A stretch of DNA of 64,000 nucleotides, from assembly GCA_964016885.1 (NCBI GenBank), contig CAXHJY010000051.1:1-64000 (forward strand), read 5' to 3'. Position numbers and translations under genes: made by a program. Within the stretch, counting starts at the first letter, position 1. Each line of letters begins with the position of its first letter. Source of the stretch: Eledone cirrhosa (lineage: Eukaryota). Of the stretch, positions 1-19,357 are shown piece after piece. The notes beneath the pieces are model-generated. The model was not told the DNA's origin, did not search any database, and was given only the letters and a program-made list of their open reading frames with translations.

Positions 1-112
1 GTATATACATATATATCAATATATATATAATATACGTATATACATATATATATATATATACGTATATTACATATATATCAATATATATATATATACGTAT
101 ATACATATATAT

Positions 113-158
<46 letters not shown>

Positions 159-174
159 GTATATACATATATAT

Positions 175-210
<36 letters not shown>

Positions 211-268
211 GTATATACATATAGATCAATATATATATATATATATATATACGTATATACATATATAT

Positions 269-309
<41 letters not shown>

Positions 310-569
310 ACATATATATCAATATATATATATATACGTATATACATATATATATACGTATATACATATATATCAATATATATATATATCAATATATATA
401 TATATATCAATATATATATATATATCAATATGTATATATATATCAATATATATATATATATATATATATCAATATATATATATATATATCAATATGTATA
501 TATATATCAATATATATATATATATATATATCAATATATATATATATATATCAATATGTATATATATAT

Positions 570-613
<44 letters not shown>

Positions 614-989
614 ATATATATCTATATATATATCAATATATATATATAATATATATATATATATCTATATATATATCAATATATATATATATATATCAAT
701 ATATATCAACATATATATATATATATATATATCAATATATACATATATATTTATATATCAATATATCAAAATATATCAATATATATATATATATATATAT
801 GTCAATATATATATATCAATATGTATATATATATATATATATCAATATATATATACAATATATATATATCAATTATATATATACAATATATATATATCAA
901 TATATATATATATATACAATATATATATATCAATATATATATATATATAAATATATAGATATATTTCTGTCTTGAATTCGTTTAGCAAG

Positions 990-1127
990 ATTCTTTATCT
1001 CAAAACGTGTGTTTAAACCGATATTGTTATACTTTGGCAGGGTCATTTATTATAATAAATTGAAGTGAAAGCAACTGGTGCGTGTGTTTCTTATTGGCAG
1101 CATGACTCTCCCAAAGTATAACAATAT
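990..1127. mobile_element. Short fold-back element, family F (possible Penelope pLTR remnant)
   Basis: ATATTGTTATACTTTGGCAGGGTCAT (1021-1046) is inverted as ATGACTCTCCCAAAGTATAACAATAT (1102-1127). A related copy lies at 52918-53090. Confidence 0.5.
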
Positions 1128-1410
1128 ATATATATATACGTATATACATATATATATATATATGTCAATATATATATATATATCAATATATATATATATA
1201 TCAATATATATATATATATCAATATATATATATATATATATATCAATATATATATATATATCAATATATATATATATATCAATATATATATCAATATATA
1301 TATCAATATATATATATATATCAATATATATATCAATATATATATATATATATATATCAATATATATATATATATCAATATATATATATATATCAATATA
1401 TATATATCAA

Positions 1411-1464
<54 letters not shown>

Positions 1465-1480
1465 TATATATATATATATA

Positions 1481-1517
<37 letters not shown>

Positions 1518-2093
1518 ATATATATATATATATATTAATATATATATATATATATATCAATATATATATATATATATATTAATATATATATATATATATA
1601 TCAATATATATATATATATATATTAATATATATATATATATATATCAATATATATATATATATATATCAATATATATATATATATATATCAATATATATA
1701 TATATATATATATCAATATATATATATATCAATATATATATATATCAATATATATATATATATATATATCAATATATATATATATCAATATATATATATA
1801 TCAATATATATATATATACGTATATACATATATATATATATATATCAATATATATATATATCAATATATATATATATGTCAATATATATATATATATCAA
1901 TATATATATATATATATCAATATATATATATATATATCAATATATATATATCAATATATATATATATATCAATATATATATATATATCAATATATATATA
2001 TATATATCAATATATATATATATATATCAATATATATATATATATCAATATATATATATATCAATATATATATATATATCAATATATATATAT

Positions 2094-2134
<41 letters not shown>

Positions 2135-2148
2135 TATATATATATATA

Positions 2149-2182
<34 letters not shown>

Positions 2183-2294
2183 CAATATATATATATATAT
2201 ATATATCAATATATATTATATCAATATATATATATATATCTATATATCAATATATATATATATATATATCAATATATATATATATATATATATA

Positions 2295-2450
2295 TAACGA
2301 AGGAAATGTGGTAAGGAACCAGGTGGACCATAACGCACCAAAGTACGCAATACTTAGGGTAGTAGAGTGGGTAATAGGAACGAGTAGGACCCCGACGGCT
2401 GAGCTCAAGCCGTCGAGACGGCTGGGGCTCAGCCGTCAGGGTCCTACACG

Positions 2451-2452
<2 letters not shown>
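2295..2452 (-). mobile_element. Short fold-back element, family B (copies elsewhere carry the 3' half of an HHR)
   Basis: ATAACGAAGG...GGTAAGGAACCAGGTGGACCATAAC...GGGTAGTAGAGTGGGTAATAGGAA...GACCCCGACGGC hairpin. About 8 copies in the window, all in or next to (TA)n. Confidence 0.7.
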
Positions 2453-2533
<81 letters not shown>

Positions 2534-2555
2534 ATATGTATATATATATATATAG

Positions 2556-2623
<68 letters not shown>

Positions 2624-2643
2624 ATATGTATATATATATATAG

Positions 2644-2692
<49 letters not shown>

Positions 2693-2723
2693 TATGTATA
2701 TATATATATATATATATATATTG

Positions 2724-2775
<52 letters not shown>

Positions 2776-2807
2776 CAATATATATATATATATATATATA
2801 CATATCA

Positions 2808-2895
<88 letters not shown>

Positions 2896-3552
2896 CAATA
2901 TATATATAGCAATATATATATTTATATATATTTAGTTGAAAATTGCAAACTTGACTGTCACCACACATTATGAACCTGAAGATTGCGAAAGCATGAAAGT
3001 ACTTGTTCAATTAACACTTAACATTTAATATTCTTACCATACTATTTCATTCTAATACCATTATAAATGTTAAAGGATTGTCATTAAACGAGTAAATCAA
3101 TTGGAATTCCTTTTATTAATATATATCAATGTATATACATATATCTCTATATATATACCAATATATATATATGTATCAATATATATATATATATCAATAT
3201 ATATATATCAATATATATATATATCAATATATATCAATATATATATATACGTATATACATATAAATCAATATATATATATATACATATATACATATATAC
3301 ATATAAATCAATATATATATATATACATATATACATATATATATCACTATATATATACGTTTATACATATATATATCAATATATATATATATACATATAT
3401 ACATATATATATCACTATATATATACGTTTATACATATATATATCAATATATATATATCACTATATATATATATACGTATATACATATATATATATATCA
3501 ATATATATATATATATATATATATATACGTATATACATATATATATATATAT

Positions 3553-3600
<48 letters not shown>

Positions 3601-4068
3601 ATATATATATATATATATATATATACGTATATACATATATATATATATATCAATATATATATATATATATATATATACGTATATACATATATATATATAT
3701 CAATATATATATATATATATATATACGTATATACATATATATATATATCAATATATATATATATATATATATACGTATATACATATATATATATATCAAT
3801 ATATATATATATATATATACGTATATACATATATATATATATCAATATATATATATATATATATATACGTATATACATATATATATATATCAATATATAT
3901 ATATATACGTATATACATATATATATATATATCAATATATATATATATATATATACGTATATACATATATATATATATCGATATATATATATATATATAT
4001 ACGTATATACATATATATATATCAATATATATATATATATATATATACGTATATACATATATATATAT

Positions 4069-4102
<34 letters not shown>

Positions 4103-4272
4103 GTATATACATATATATATATATATCAATATATATATATATACGTATATACATATACATATCAATATATCAATATATATATATATATATACGCATTTTC
4201 ATATATATATATATCAATATATATATATATATACGTATATACATATCAATATATATATATATACGTATATAC

Positions 4273-4317
<45 letters not shown>

Positions 4318-5103
4318 CACAATCTATATATATATACGTATATACATATATATATACATATATATATATATATACATATATATATACACATCTATATATA
4401 TATACGTATATACATATATATATATACATATATATATTTATTAAATAACAGATTAAAGTTTCAGCAAACATATATATATATACATATATATATATACATA
4501 TATGTATATATATATATATATATCAATATATATATATATCAATATATATATATATACATATATATCAATGTATATATATATGCATATATTTCAATATATA
4601 TATACGTATATACATATATATCAATATATATATACGTATATACATATATATCAATATATATTTATATATATATAGACATGTATATCCATATATACATACA
4701 TATATATATATCCACATATACATATATATACATATATATATATCCACATATATATATACATATATACATACATATATGCATATATCCACATATATATATA
4801 CATATATACATATATATATAGATACATATACATATATATATATATACACATATACGTATATATATACATATACATATATATACATATATATATTCAAACG
4901 GAATATTCAAACAACATCATTATAGTTATCTATTGTTATAGATTAACATAAATGTAAATAAACCATACAATGGAATATGTTACAATTTCCCATCTCAGGA
5001 CATAAAAGAACAATTTCCTTTTATGATAACATTACATAGATTTGTAGATACTGCTAGATACGTTAGGAAACAGATGTATATATCTGTATATACATACGCA
5101 ATT

Positions 5104-5178
<75 letters not shown>

Positions 5179-6051
5179 TACATGTATATATATATATATA
5201 TAATTATACATGTATATATATATATATATAATTATACATGTATATATATATATATATAATTATACATGTATATATATATATATATATGTGTATATATATA
5301 TATGTATATACATGTATATACATATGTAATTATACATGTATATATATATGTATATACATGTATATATATATGTATATACATGCATATACATATGTATATA
5401 TAAATGTATATACATATATATTTATACATGTATATACATACATAATTATACATGTAATATATGCATGTATATACATATATAATTATACATGTAATACATG
5501 CATGTATATACATATGTATATACATCTAATACATACATAAGTATATACATGTATATACAAATAAAATTATAGATGTAACATATACATGTATATACATATG
5601 TATATATACATATATATACTATATAATTATACATGTAATATATGCATGTATATACATATGTATATACATATGTATATACATATGTATATACAAATATAAT
5701 TATCCATGTAATATATACATGTATATACATATGTATATATACATATATATACATATATAATTATACATGTAATATGTGCATGTATATACATATGAATATA
5801 CATGTATATACATAATTATATTTGTAATACATGCATGTATATACATATGTATATACATGTATATATATATGTATATACATGTATTTAGATATATAATTAT
5901 ACATGTAATATATACCTGTATATACATATGTATATACATGTATATACATATATAATTATACATGTAATATATACCTGTATATACATATGTATATACATAT
6001 ATAATTATACATGTGATATATACATGTTTATCCATGTATGAGTGTGCATAT

Positions 6052-6172
6052 TTGACAGTATCGGTAGAGGGTCGGCCGCCATGATTTGCAGCGGAGAGTT
6101 ACGGCCCTTTATGATCTGAGTTCAAATCCGCCGAGGTAAATTTGCCTTTCGTCCTTACTGGGTCGATAAAAA
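6052..6172 (+). mobile_element. tRNA-derived SINE with Nin/Deu-like central domain (family S1), 3'-truncated
   Basis: A-box-like TGACAGTATCGG, B-box GAGTTCAAATCC, then GCCTTTCGTCCTTACTGGGTCGATAAAA. About 20 related copies in the window. Confidence 0.8.
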
Positions 6173-6606
6173 GACACATATGAATACATAATATATAAAT
6201 ATATATAATATATAAACATATATATGTATATACTATGTATAATAAATAGATATTAGATATTTGTGTATATTATATAAATATATATACATATATACGTATA
6301 TATTATATGTAATGGTCTAACTGATTTTCACCGCCTCTATTCTGATATTATGAGTGTATATATATATATACATATATAAATATATATATATATATATAAT
6401 ATATATATAATATATATATAATATATATATAATATATAATATATAATATATATATATAATATATATATATAATATATATATAATATATAATATATATATA
6501 ATATATATATATATATAATATATAATATATATATAATATATATATAATATATATAAAATATATATATAATATATATAAAATATAGTATATATAATATATA
6601 TCAAAT

Positions 6607-6661
<55 letters not shown>

Positions 6662-6755
6662 AAATATATATATATATATATAAAATATATATATATAATA
6701 TATATAAAATATATATATATATATATAAAATATATATATATAATATATATAAAAT

Positions 6756-6787
<32 letters not shown>

Positions 6788-6900
6788 AAATATATATATA
6801 TAATATATATAAAATATATATATATAATATATATAAAATATATAAATATAATATATATATATATATATATAAAATATATATATATAATATATATAAAAAT

Positions 6901-6934
<34 letters not shown>

Positions 6935-7037
6935 AAATATATATATATAATATATTTTTTCCAATCGATCGACTTTCGTCAAATCGGACCGAGGAACAAT
7001 GTTTCCATTGGTCTTTCCAATTGCTAATACTATCTAT

Positions 7038-7179
7038 CGGTCGCAACTCCAGGTAGAAGAAGCAACGTGAAATAAAGTGTCTTGCTCAAGGACACAACGT
7101 ATCGCCTGGTCCAGGAATCGAACTCACAACCTTACGATTGCGAATCCAATTCTCTAACCACTCAGCCACACGCCTTCAC
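7038..7179 (-). mobile_element. tRNA-derived CORE-type SINE (family S2), 5' part
   Basis: Minus strand reads GTGAAGGCGTGTGGCTGAGTGGTTAGAG...GTGAGTTCGATTCC...GTGTCCTTGAGCAAGACACTTTATTTC (A and B boxes plus CORE-like motif). Confidence 0.8.
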
Positions 7180-7261
7180 ATATAATATATATATATATAA
7201 TATATATATATATAATATATATATATATAAGATATATATATATAATATATATATATATAAG

Positions 7262-7293
<32 letters not shown>

Positions 7294-7378
7294 TAATATA
7301 TATATATAATATATATATATATATAATATATATATATATAATATAATATATATATATATATATAGAGAGAGAGATATG

Positions 7379-7441
<63 letters not shown>

Positions 7442-7499
7442 AATATATAATATATATATAATATATATATATAGTAATAATAATAATAATAGTAATAAT

Positions 7500-7685
7500 A
7501 ATAAATTTGAAGACTAAAATCCAAAGAGGGCTCGATAAGGATATATATATATCAGATATATAAGAACCGTAGAGCAAATATTTATTAAAATAACAGATTA
7601 AAGTTTAAGCAAAGAATCGCTGCTTTCACCCTTAACGGGATCTTCTGATTCTTTGCTTAAACTTTAATCTGTTATTTTAATAAAT
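7500..7685 (-). mobile_element. Short element, family C, with HHR-like core and inverted terminal duplication
   Basis: Nearly the same sequence as 17213-17366. 7647-7685 is the reverse complement of about 7581-7618. Confidence 0.65.
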
Positions 7686-7705
7686 GAATATATATATATA
7701 TATAG

Positions 7706-7740
<35 letters not shown>

Positions 7741-8351
7741 TATATATAATATATATATATATATATAGATATATATAATATATATATATATAGATATATA
7801 TAATATATATATATAGATATATATAATATATATATATAGATATATATAATATATATATATAGATATATATAATATATATATATAGATATATAATAATATA
7901 TATATATAGATATATATAATATATATATATAGATATATATAATATATATATATAGATATATATAATATATATATATAGATATATATAATATATATATATA
8001 GGTATATATAATATATATATATAGATATATATAATATATATATATAGATATATATAATATATATATATAGATATATATAATATATATATATAGATATATA
8101 TAATATATATATATAGATATATATAATATATATATAGAGATATATATAATATATATATATAGATATATATAATATATATATATAGATATATATAATATAT
8201 ATATATAGATATATATAATATATATATATAGATATATATATAATATATATAGACTTGTATATATATATAATATATCTAGACTTGTATATATAGACTTGTA
8301 TATATATATAATATATCTAGACTTGTATATATATATAATATATATATATAT

Positions 8352-8548
8352 GTTTTAATATAGATGAGATTCTACAGGACTAGAACTGTTTCATCCTTTA
8401 GAAATCATCAGGGATTCCTGATGATTTCTAAAGAATGAAACAGTTCTAGTCCTGTAGGAATCTCATCTATATTAAAACTTTTATACTCTGCAATGTATTG
8501 AGTACCTTACTTACTGTGGTTACCTCCGATTCAACCCGGAATAAGGTA
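8352..8548 (+). mobile_element. Short element, family A, with back-to-back inverted HHRs
   Basis: Inverted repeat 8352-8410/8418-8478. Plus core is CTGATGA(8418-24)-TTTCTAAAGAAT-GAAACAG-TTCTAGTC-CTGTA, with the same core on the minus strand. Confidence 0.75.
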
Positions 8549-8632
8549 ATATATATATATATATATATATAGATATGTATATATATTAATAATATATATA
8601 TATATATATATATATAGATATGTATATATATT

Positions 8633-8685
<53 letters not shown>

Positions 8686-8705
8686 TACATATACATATAT
8701 AGAAC

Positions 8706-8743
<38 letters not shown>

Positions 8744-9013
8744 CTACTTATGCTTACATATAGCTATATGTAAGTATATAAACATACACATACATACACA
8801 CACACACACATATATAGAATCCCGCCATGTCTATATTAGATAAGGGGGGAAGTTTGTAGTTGACACATATTTGAACGTGTGATAACCATATGTATGTTAG
8901 AATGTCTTATAACAGCACATAGGTAGCATGTGTCTATACCGTGATAAATAGATATAGAAAGATAGAGATATTAGCGGAAATATACATACATGTAGATATT
9001 CACACACACACAC

Positions 9014-9063
<50 letters not shown>

Positions 9064-9216
9064 CATACACACAAATATGTATATATATATATATATATAA
9101 AAATCACACACACATATTATTTATATAATCACACACACAAGTATATATACATATATTTATTTATTTTATATATATATATATATATATATAGTCATACACA
9201 CAAATATGTATGTATG

Positions 9217-9257
<41 letters not shown>

Positions 9258-9315
9258 CACACGCACATATATTATTTATATAATCACACACACAAGTATA
9301 ATATATATATTTATT

Positions 9316-9360
<45 letters not shown>

Positions 9361-9464
9361 TACACACAAATATGTTTATATATATATATATATATAAAAT
9401 CACACACACATATATAATCACACACACAAGTATATATATACATATATATAATCTCACACACAAG

Positions 9465-9507
<43 letters not shown>

Positions 9508-9634
9508 CTGTGTCTGTGGTGTATGTGTGTGTGTGGTGTATGTGTGTGCGTGTATATATATATTACATACATATACATCAACACACATATACAAATATCT
9601 ATATGAACTCTATATTTATCTATATACTTAATGT

Positions 9635-9667
<33 letters not shown>

Positions 9668-9879
9668 AATATATATACACTAATTATAATACATAATCCT
9701 GCTTACGTCCCCTATCTTATTCACACCATACAATGTCACTCCAATGTTTAAAAAGGACCCTTTTATCGAGGATTTCTAACTGCGTCAGGACGAAACACCC
9801 AGAGTACAGTCTGTTGTGTACTTGGTGTCAGGAAGGGCATCCAGCTGTAGAAACCACGTGATCAATTGTTGGGAACACC

Positions 9880-10080
9880 CACCTCCACTTACGTCAGAAC
9901 CTCACCTCAACTGTTGTGGCCCCACGAAATATGTCCTCAATGTGCACTACATGTAAAGTAGTTGGTGGTATGAAGGACATGCAGCTATAACAGAGTGTCT
10001 GACAGTCGGCGCCACAGCCCCCTGACGGACGTTGAGAAGGTCCAGTGAGGCCCTGGGGCCTAAGGGGGAGGTGGTGGTAG
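9880..10080 (-). mobile_element. Possible 5' fragment of a Tx1/L1-type LINE ORF1
   Basis: Translation HIEDIFRGATTVEVRF* resembles the N-terminal ORF1 motif also seen near 42000. Short and degenerate. Confidence 0.3.
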
Positions 10081-10132
10081 AGATGATATAATAGTATATT
10101 AAATACCAAATGATACATATTATATATATATA

Positions 10133-11355
10133 TAAAGTAGAAACAATTATATATATATATATAAAGTAGAAACAATTATATATATATATAAAGTAGAAAC
10201 AATTATATATATATATAAAGTAGAAACAATTATATATATATATATATAAAGTAGAAACAATTATATATATATATAAAGTAGAATCAATTATATATATATA
10301 TATATAAAGTAGAAACAATTATATGTATATATAAAGTAGAAACAATTATATGTATATATAAAGTAGAAACAATTATATGTATATATAAACTAGAAACAAT
10401 TATATATATATATATAAAGTAGAAACAATTATATATATATATAAAGTAGAAACAATTATATATTTATATAAAGTAGAAACAATTATATATATATATATAT
10501 AGTAGAAACAATTATATATATATATAAAGTAGAAACAATTATATATTTATATAAAGTAGAAACAATTATATATATATATAAAGTAGAAACAATTATATAT
10601 ATATATGTAAAGTAGAAACAATTATATATATATATAAAGTAGAAACAATTATATATATATAAAGTAGAAACAATTATATATATATAAAGTAGAATCAATT
10701 ATATATATATATAAAGTAGAAACAATTATATGTATATATAAAGTAGAAACAATTATATATATATATAAAGTAGAAACAATTATATATATATATAAAGTAG
10801 AAACAATTATATATATATATATAAAGTAGAAACAATTATATATATATATATATATAAAGTAGAAACAATTATATATATATATAAAGTAGAATCAATTATA
10901 TATATATATATATATATATAAAGTAGAAACAATTATATGTATATATAAAGTAGAAACAATTATATGTATATATAAAGTAGAAACAATTATATATATATAT
11001 AAAGTAGAAACAATTATATATATATATAAAGTAGAAACAATTATATATTTATATAAAGTAGAAACAATTATATATATATATAAAGTAGAAACAATTATAT
11101 GTATATATAAAGTAGAAACAATTATATATATATATAAAGTAGAAACAATTTTATATATATATAAAGTAGAAACAATTATATATATATATAAAGTAGAAAC
11201 AATTATATGTATATATATAAAGTAGAAACAATTATATGTATATATAAAGTAGAAACAATTATATGTATATATAAAGTAGAAACAATTATATATATATATA
11301 AAGTAGAAACAATTATATATATATATAAAGTAGAAACAATTATATATATATATAA
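10133..11355 (+). repeat. Minisatellite of about 27-bp units AAAGTAGAAACAAT(TA)n, matching the 3' terminus of SINE S1
   Basis: Roughly 44 units. The same motif ends S1 copies (AGTAGAAACAATTAT at about 34413 and about 36180). Confidence 0.92.
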
Positions 11356-11357
11356 AA

Positions 11358-11481
11358 GGGCGGTGGATTGGGAGTATCGGTAGAGGGTCGGACGCCATGC
11401 TTTATAGCAAAGAGTTACGGTCCTTTATGGTCCGAGTTCAAATCCCGCCGAGGTTAACTTTCCCTTTCATCCTTACTGGGT
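11358..11481 (+). mobile_element. SINE S1
   Basis: GGCGGTGGATTGGGAGTATCGGTAGAG...GAGTTCAAATCCCGCCGAGG...GGGTCGATAAAATAAAGTACCAG. Confidence 0.85.
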
Positions 11482-11543
11482 CGATAAAATAAAGTACCAG
11501 TCACCCCAAAAATTTGAGAACTTCTGAGCTATAGAAACGATGC

Positions 11544-11670
11544 TGAGGGGCGGGGAAACTCTCCAGTGGTGTTACGGACTCAAGAACCTCGGTCTCGTGT
11601 TGGTGATGAGGGGCGGGGAAACTCTCCAGTGGTGTTACGGACTCAAGAACCTCGGTCTCGTGTTGGTGAT
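11544..11670 (+). repeat. 63-bp direct tandem duplication
   Basis: TGAGGGGCGGGGAAACTCTCC...GTGTTGGTGA starts at 11544 and again at 11607. Confidence 0.9.
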
Positions 11671-11973
11671 GTACACGATGGAGTTTGTAATATAGCTGAG
11701 GTGGAAGGGCATAGAGCTGTCGAAAACCTGCTAAAATAAGAACCGGGTGGATGTCTCGTTAGCTGTGTCAGAGTTATGACAACCTCCCTAGGGGTGCTGC
11801 AACAATAAAACGCACCCGGTTCTCTCCCAGTCATGCTATATATATATATATATATATATATAACAAATAGCAAGAATGAGGGACTGATTCTACTGACATG
11901 TCTTAAAAGAGGGTGTTTGCACAATTGCAAACGTATCGAATATTATTATTGATATTCGAAAAACTCATATTAC

Positions 11974-12018
<45 letters not shown>

Positions 12019-12069
12019 ATATATAGTTTCTGTAGTTTCTCTTGAAACCTTTGCGATAAAAAAAAGATA

Positions 12070-12117
<48 letters not shown>

Positions 12118-12142
12118 AACACACACACAGACAGACACACAT

Positions 12143-12198
<56 letters not shown>

Positions 12199-12202
12199 TA
12201 TA

Positions 12203-12721
12203 TAACGAAGGAAATGTGGTAAGGAACCAGGTGGACAATAACGTACCAAAGTACTCAATACTTAGGGTAGTAGAGTGGGAAATAGGGCTGCTACTCGTTC
12301 CTATATATATATATATATATACATATAGGAACCAGTAAGACCCCGACAGCTGAGCTCAAGCCGTCGAAACGGCTTGAGCTCAGCTGTCGGGGTCTTACTG
12401 GTTCCTATTACCCACTCTACTACCTCAAGTATTGAGTACTTTGGTGCGTTATGGTCCACCTGGTTCCTTACCACATATCCTTCGTTATATATACATATAT
12501 ATAGTTATGAATTTATAGGCATTTGACTGCGACCATCCAACCATACATACTCTGTCTGTCTGACTATAAAAGAAATGATATTGGCAACAGGGTGTTTTGC
12601 TCGGCTGTGTAGGAATGTCTCGTTAATAATCGTCTGCTGATCGTTGGTCTCGGATCTGGTTCGTCTTAAAACTTGATACTATCGTTGTTATTAGAGATAA
12701 AAAAAAAACAAGAAAAAAATG

Positions 12722-12764
<43 letters not shown>

Positions 12765-13149
12765 CGAAGGAGGTGTGGTAAGGAACCAGATGGGTCATAA
12801 CCCACCAGAGTACTCAATACTTAGGGTAGTAGAGTGAGTAATAGGAAAATGTTTAACCCCGACGGCAGAGCTCAAGACGTTTCGACGGCTATTTCAGTCC
12901 AAAAATAGCCGTCAAAACAGCTTGAGCTCTGCCGTCGGGGTTAAACATTTAAAGATTCAGGACCCCGACTTCTAAGCTCCGGCCATTTCGACAGCTAGAT
13001 CTGAACTGTTCAGAAATAGCTGTCGAAACGGCCAGAGCTCAGCCGTAGGGGCGGGGTCCTGACTCTCTCCATTATCCATTCTACTACCCTAAATATCGAA
13101 TACTCTGCTGGGTTAAGGTCTACCTGGTTCCTTACCACAACCCTTCCTT

Positions 13150-13150
<1 letters not shown>
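12203..13150. mobile_element. Cluster of three family-B fold-back elements (12203-12488, 12762-12950, 12958-13150)
   Basis: Shared body plus palindromic head ...AGCCGTCGAAACGGCTTGAGCTC...GTCGGGG. Confidence 0.7.
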
Positions 13151-16975
<3,825 letters not shown>

Positions 16976-17159
16976 ACACATACATATCTATTTTTGTACA
17001 CATGTATACATACAGTTTACGTCTAAACATTTTTGAAAGCTAATTGCTAAATTTTTTCCCCATCTACCTCACCCTCCACTCCACCCAGAGCTACACATCG
17101 TACCGTCTTCTAGAGTTTGGAACCTGACACTTAAACACCCCCCCACCCGTCTCTCTCTC

Positions 17160-17206
<47 letters not shown>

Positions 17207-17212
17207 ATAATA

Positions 17213-17366
17213 ATAAATGTGAAGACTAACGTCCAAAGAGGGATCGATAAGGATAAATATATATCAAATATATAAGAACCGTAGAGCAAATATTTATTAA
17301 AATAACAGATTAAAGTTTAAGCAAAGAATCGCTGCTTTCACCCTTAACAGGATCTTCAGAAGATCC
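17213..17366 (-). ncRNA. Family C element with HHR-like core
   Basis: Minus strand reads CTGAAGA-TCCTGTTAAGGGT-GAAAGCA-GCGATTCTT-TGCTT. The stem I 5' arm is replaced by the fold-back GGATCTTCAGAAGATCC. Confidence 0.5.
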
Positions 17367-17486
17367 AATAACACGGTACGAACTCCCTCTTACACCAGTG
17401 GCCAGCCAACACATGTAGCAACAAGAGCGGTGCCTCAGCATGGCCTCAGCCGGATGGCTGGAACAGGGAAAAGAATATATATATAT

Positions 17487-17652
17487 ATAACAAAGAAAGT
17501 GTGATAAGAAACCAGGTGGACCATAACACACCAGAGTACTCGATACTCTAAGGCAGTAGAGTGGGTAATAGGAAAAGAGTCAGGACCCCGACGGCTGAGC
17601 TCCGGCCATTTCGACAGTTCGGATCTAGCTGTCGAGGTCCTGACTCTGTTCA
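17487..17652 (-). mobile_element. Family B element (diverged)
   Basis: Same body as 2295-2452, with a fold-back head. Confidence 0.65.
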
Positions 17653-17757
17653 TATATATACTACACTCTGTCTAGCTCTACACCTTGATACAGAAGTGAA
17701 CCTAAACATCGGGTACTCACCCCGGTGAACCTAAAGTAACTCTGCGCTACACACCCT

Positions 17758-17796
<39 letters not shown>

Positions 17797-18085
17797 CCTT
17801 AATTATGTTTTTTACGATCCATTCTGTTCAGGGCCAAATTCATTACATTTAACAAATATTTTCTCTTGATAATATTCTCTGGGGCGATGAAAGCAAATAT
17901 AGAAAAGAAAAAAAAAAAAAACAGCCGCACAAAAAATAAGAAAATGGATGAAGCCTTTATATTTCGAGAACCGTTCAATATTTGGTCGTATTGAACTGTG
18001 GATCGATAAATCAGTTTCGTTGTGTAAATTTAATGTAATTCTCGTATCAAAAGAGTTTTTTCATCTTATAATCACCAGTTAGGGG

Positions 18086-18224
18086 TTTATTGGCAGTATA
18101 GGTAGAGCATCCGACACCATGATTCGTAGCTTAGAGTTACGGCGCTTTAGGTTCCGAGTTCAAATCCAGCAGAGGTCAACGTTGCCTTTCATCATTTCGA
18201 GGTCGATAACATTGAATACCAGTC
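18086..18224 (+). mobile_element. SINE S1 (diverged)
   Basis: TGGCAGTATAGGTAGAG...GAGTTCAAATCC...GCCTTTCATC...GGTCGATAA. Confidence 0.75.
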
Positions 18225-18318
18225 ATATACTCTTCTATATCATTTTCTCTCTTTACCTCTCTGGGAGAAATCGGCTCTTTCATGTGTATGTGTGTTTTTA
18301 TATATATATTTATATATA

Positions 18319-18350
<32 letters not shown>

Positions 18351-18352
<2 letters not shown>

Positions 18353-18482
18353 AGGGCGGGTAAAATTCCCGAGATCCATGGACGAGTTCTCTCCAGCGGT
18401 CTCTGTCCCTCATTATAGCTGCCATGTCCTGCGTCTCCAACAGACCAGTGTCTGTCCTTAGGGCATCAACATACGTTAACCT
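18351..18482 (-). mobile_element. 3' end of an RTE/RTEX-like LINE
   Basis: Reverse complement of 25565-25695. Ends in (TA)n. Confidence 0.8.
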
Positions 18483-18717
18483 TTTAAATATTTTATATAT
18501 ATATAAATATTTTATATATATATAAATATTTTATATATATATAAATATTTTATATATATATAAATATTTTATATATATATATATATTTTATATATATATA
18601 TATATTTTATATATATATATATATTTTATATATATATATATATATTTTATATATATATAAATATTTTATATATATATAAATATTTTATATATATATAAAT
18701 ATTTTATATATATATAA

Positions 18718-18797
<80 letters not shown>

Positions 18798-19145
18798 AAA
18801 ACAGATGAAATCGAAAATGCAGCTGGAGTCTTTTTTAAAATATTTATTTATTTCCTTTACCGGTTTCGCAGATCTTGTGCTTTTCAAAAGTAGAATTGAG
18901 AGATGGAGGGTTTGTGGTGTAAATATATATATATATATATAATATAAGATCAAAAGATCGTTAAAAGAGTTCCATGTATCTTATTATGCGCATTTCAAAA
19001 ACAAATATCATCATGGGATGATATTTTCGTTCTCATCAGATAAAATAGGGAGACATGATATGAAGCTTAAAAACACTATAAACTGTTGAGTGCTACTTAT
19101 CCGATATTTGCATTGCTTTATTGTGCTACAATAAAACTCACCTCC

Positions 19146-19207
<62 letters not shown>

Positions 19208-19357
19208 CACATACTGGGGTCGATATATATACACACACTGGGGTCGATATATATACACACACTGGGGTCGATATATATACACATACTGGGGTCGATATGA
19301 TCGACTTTACTAACCCAATAAATCTCTTCTGGCCTTTAACTAAATTAGAAATTCTTC

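Larger units (their letters stand above)
1..6035. repeat. Compound (TA)n microsatellite/minisatellite fields (TATC-AATA, TACG-TATAC, TACATG variants) with short unique interruptions
   Basis: Read directly. This explains all YI/IY-type ORFs here. Confidence 0.97.

Noticed and set aside
10133-11355. CRISPR-like repeat-spacer appearance (also 29961-30290 and 61755-63230)
   Set aside because: The intervening sequences are (TA)n or identical rather than unique spacers, there are no cas genes, and the context is eukaryotic.
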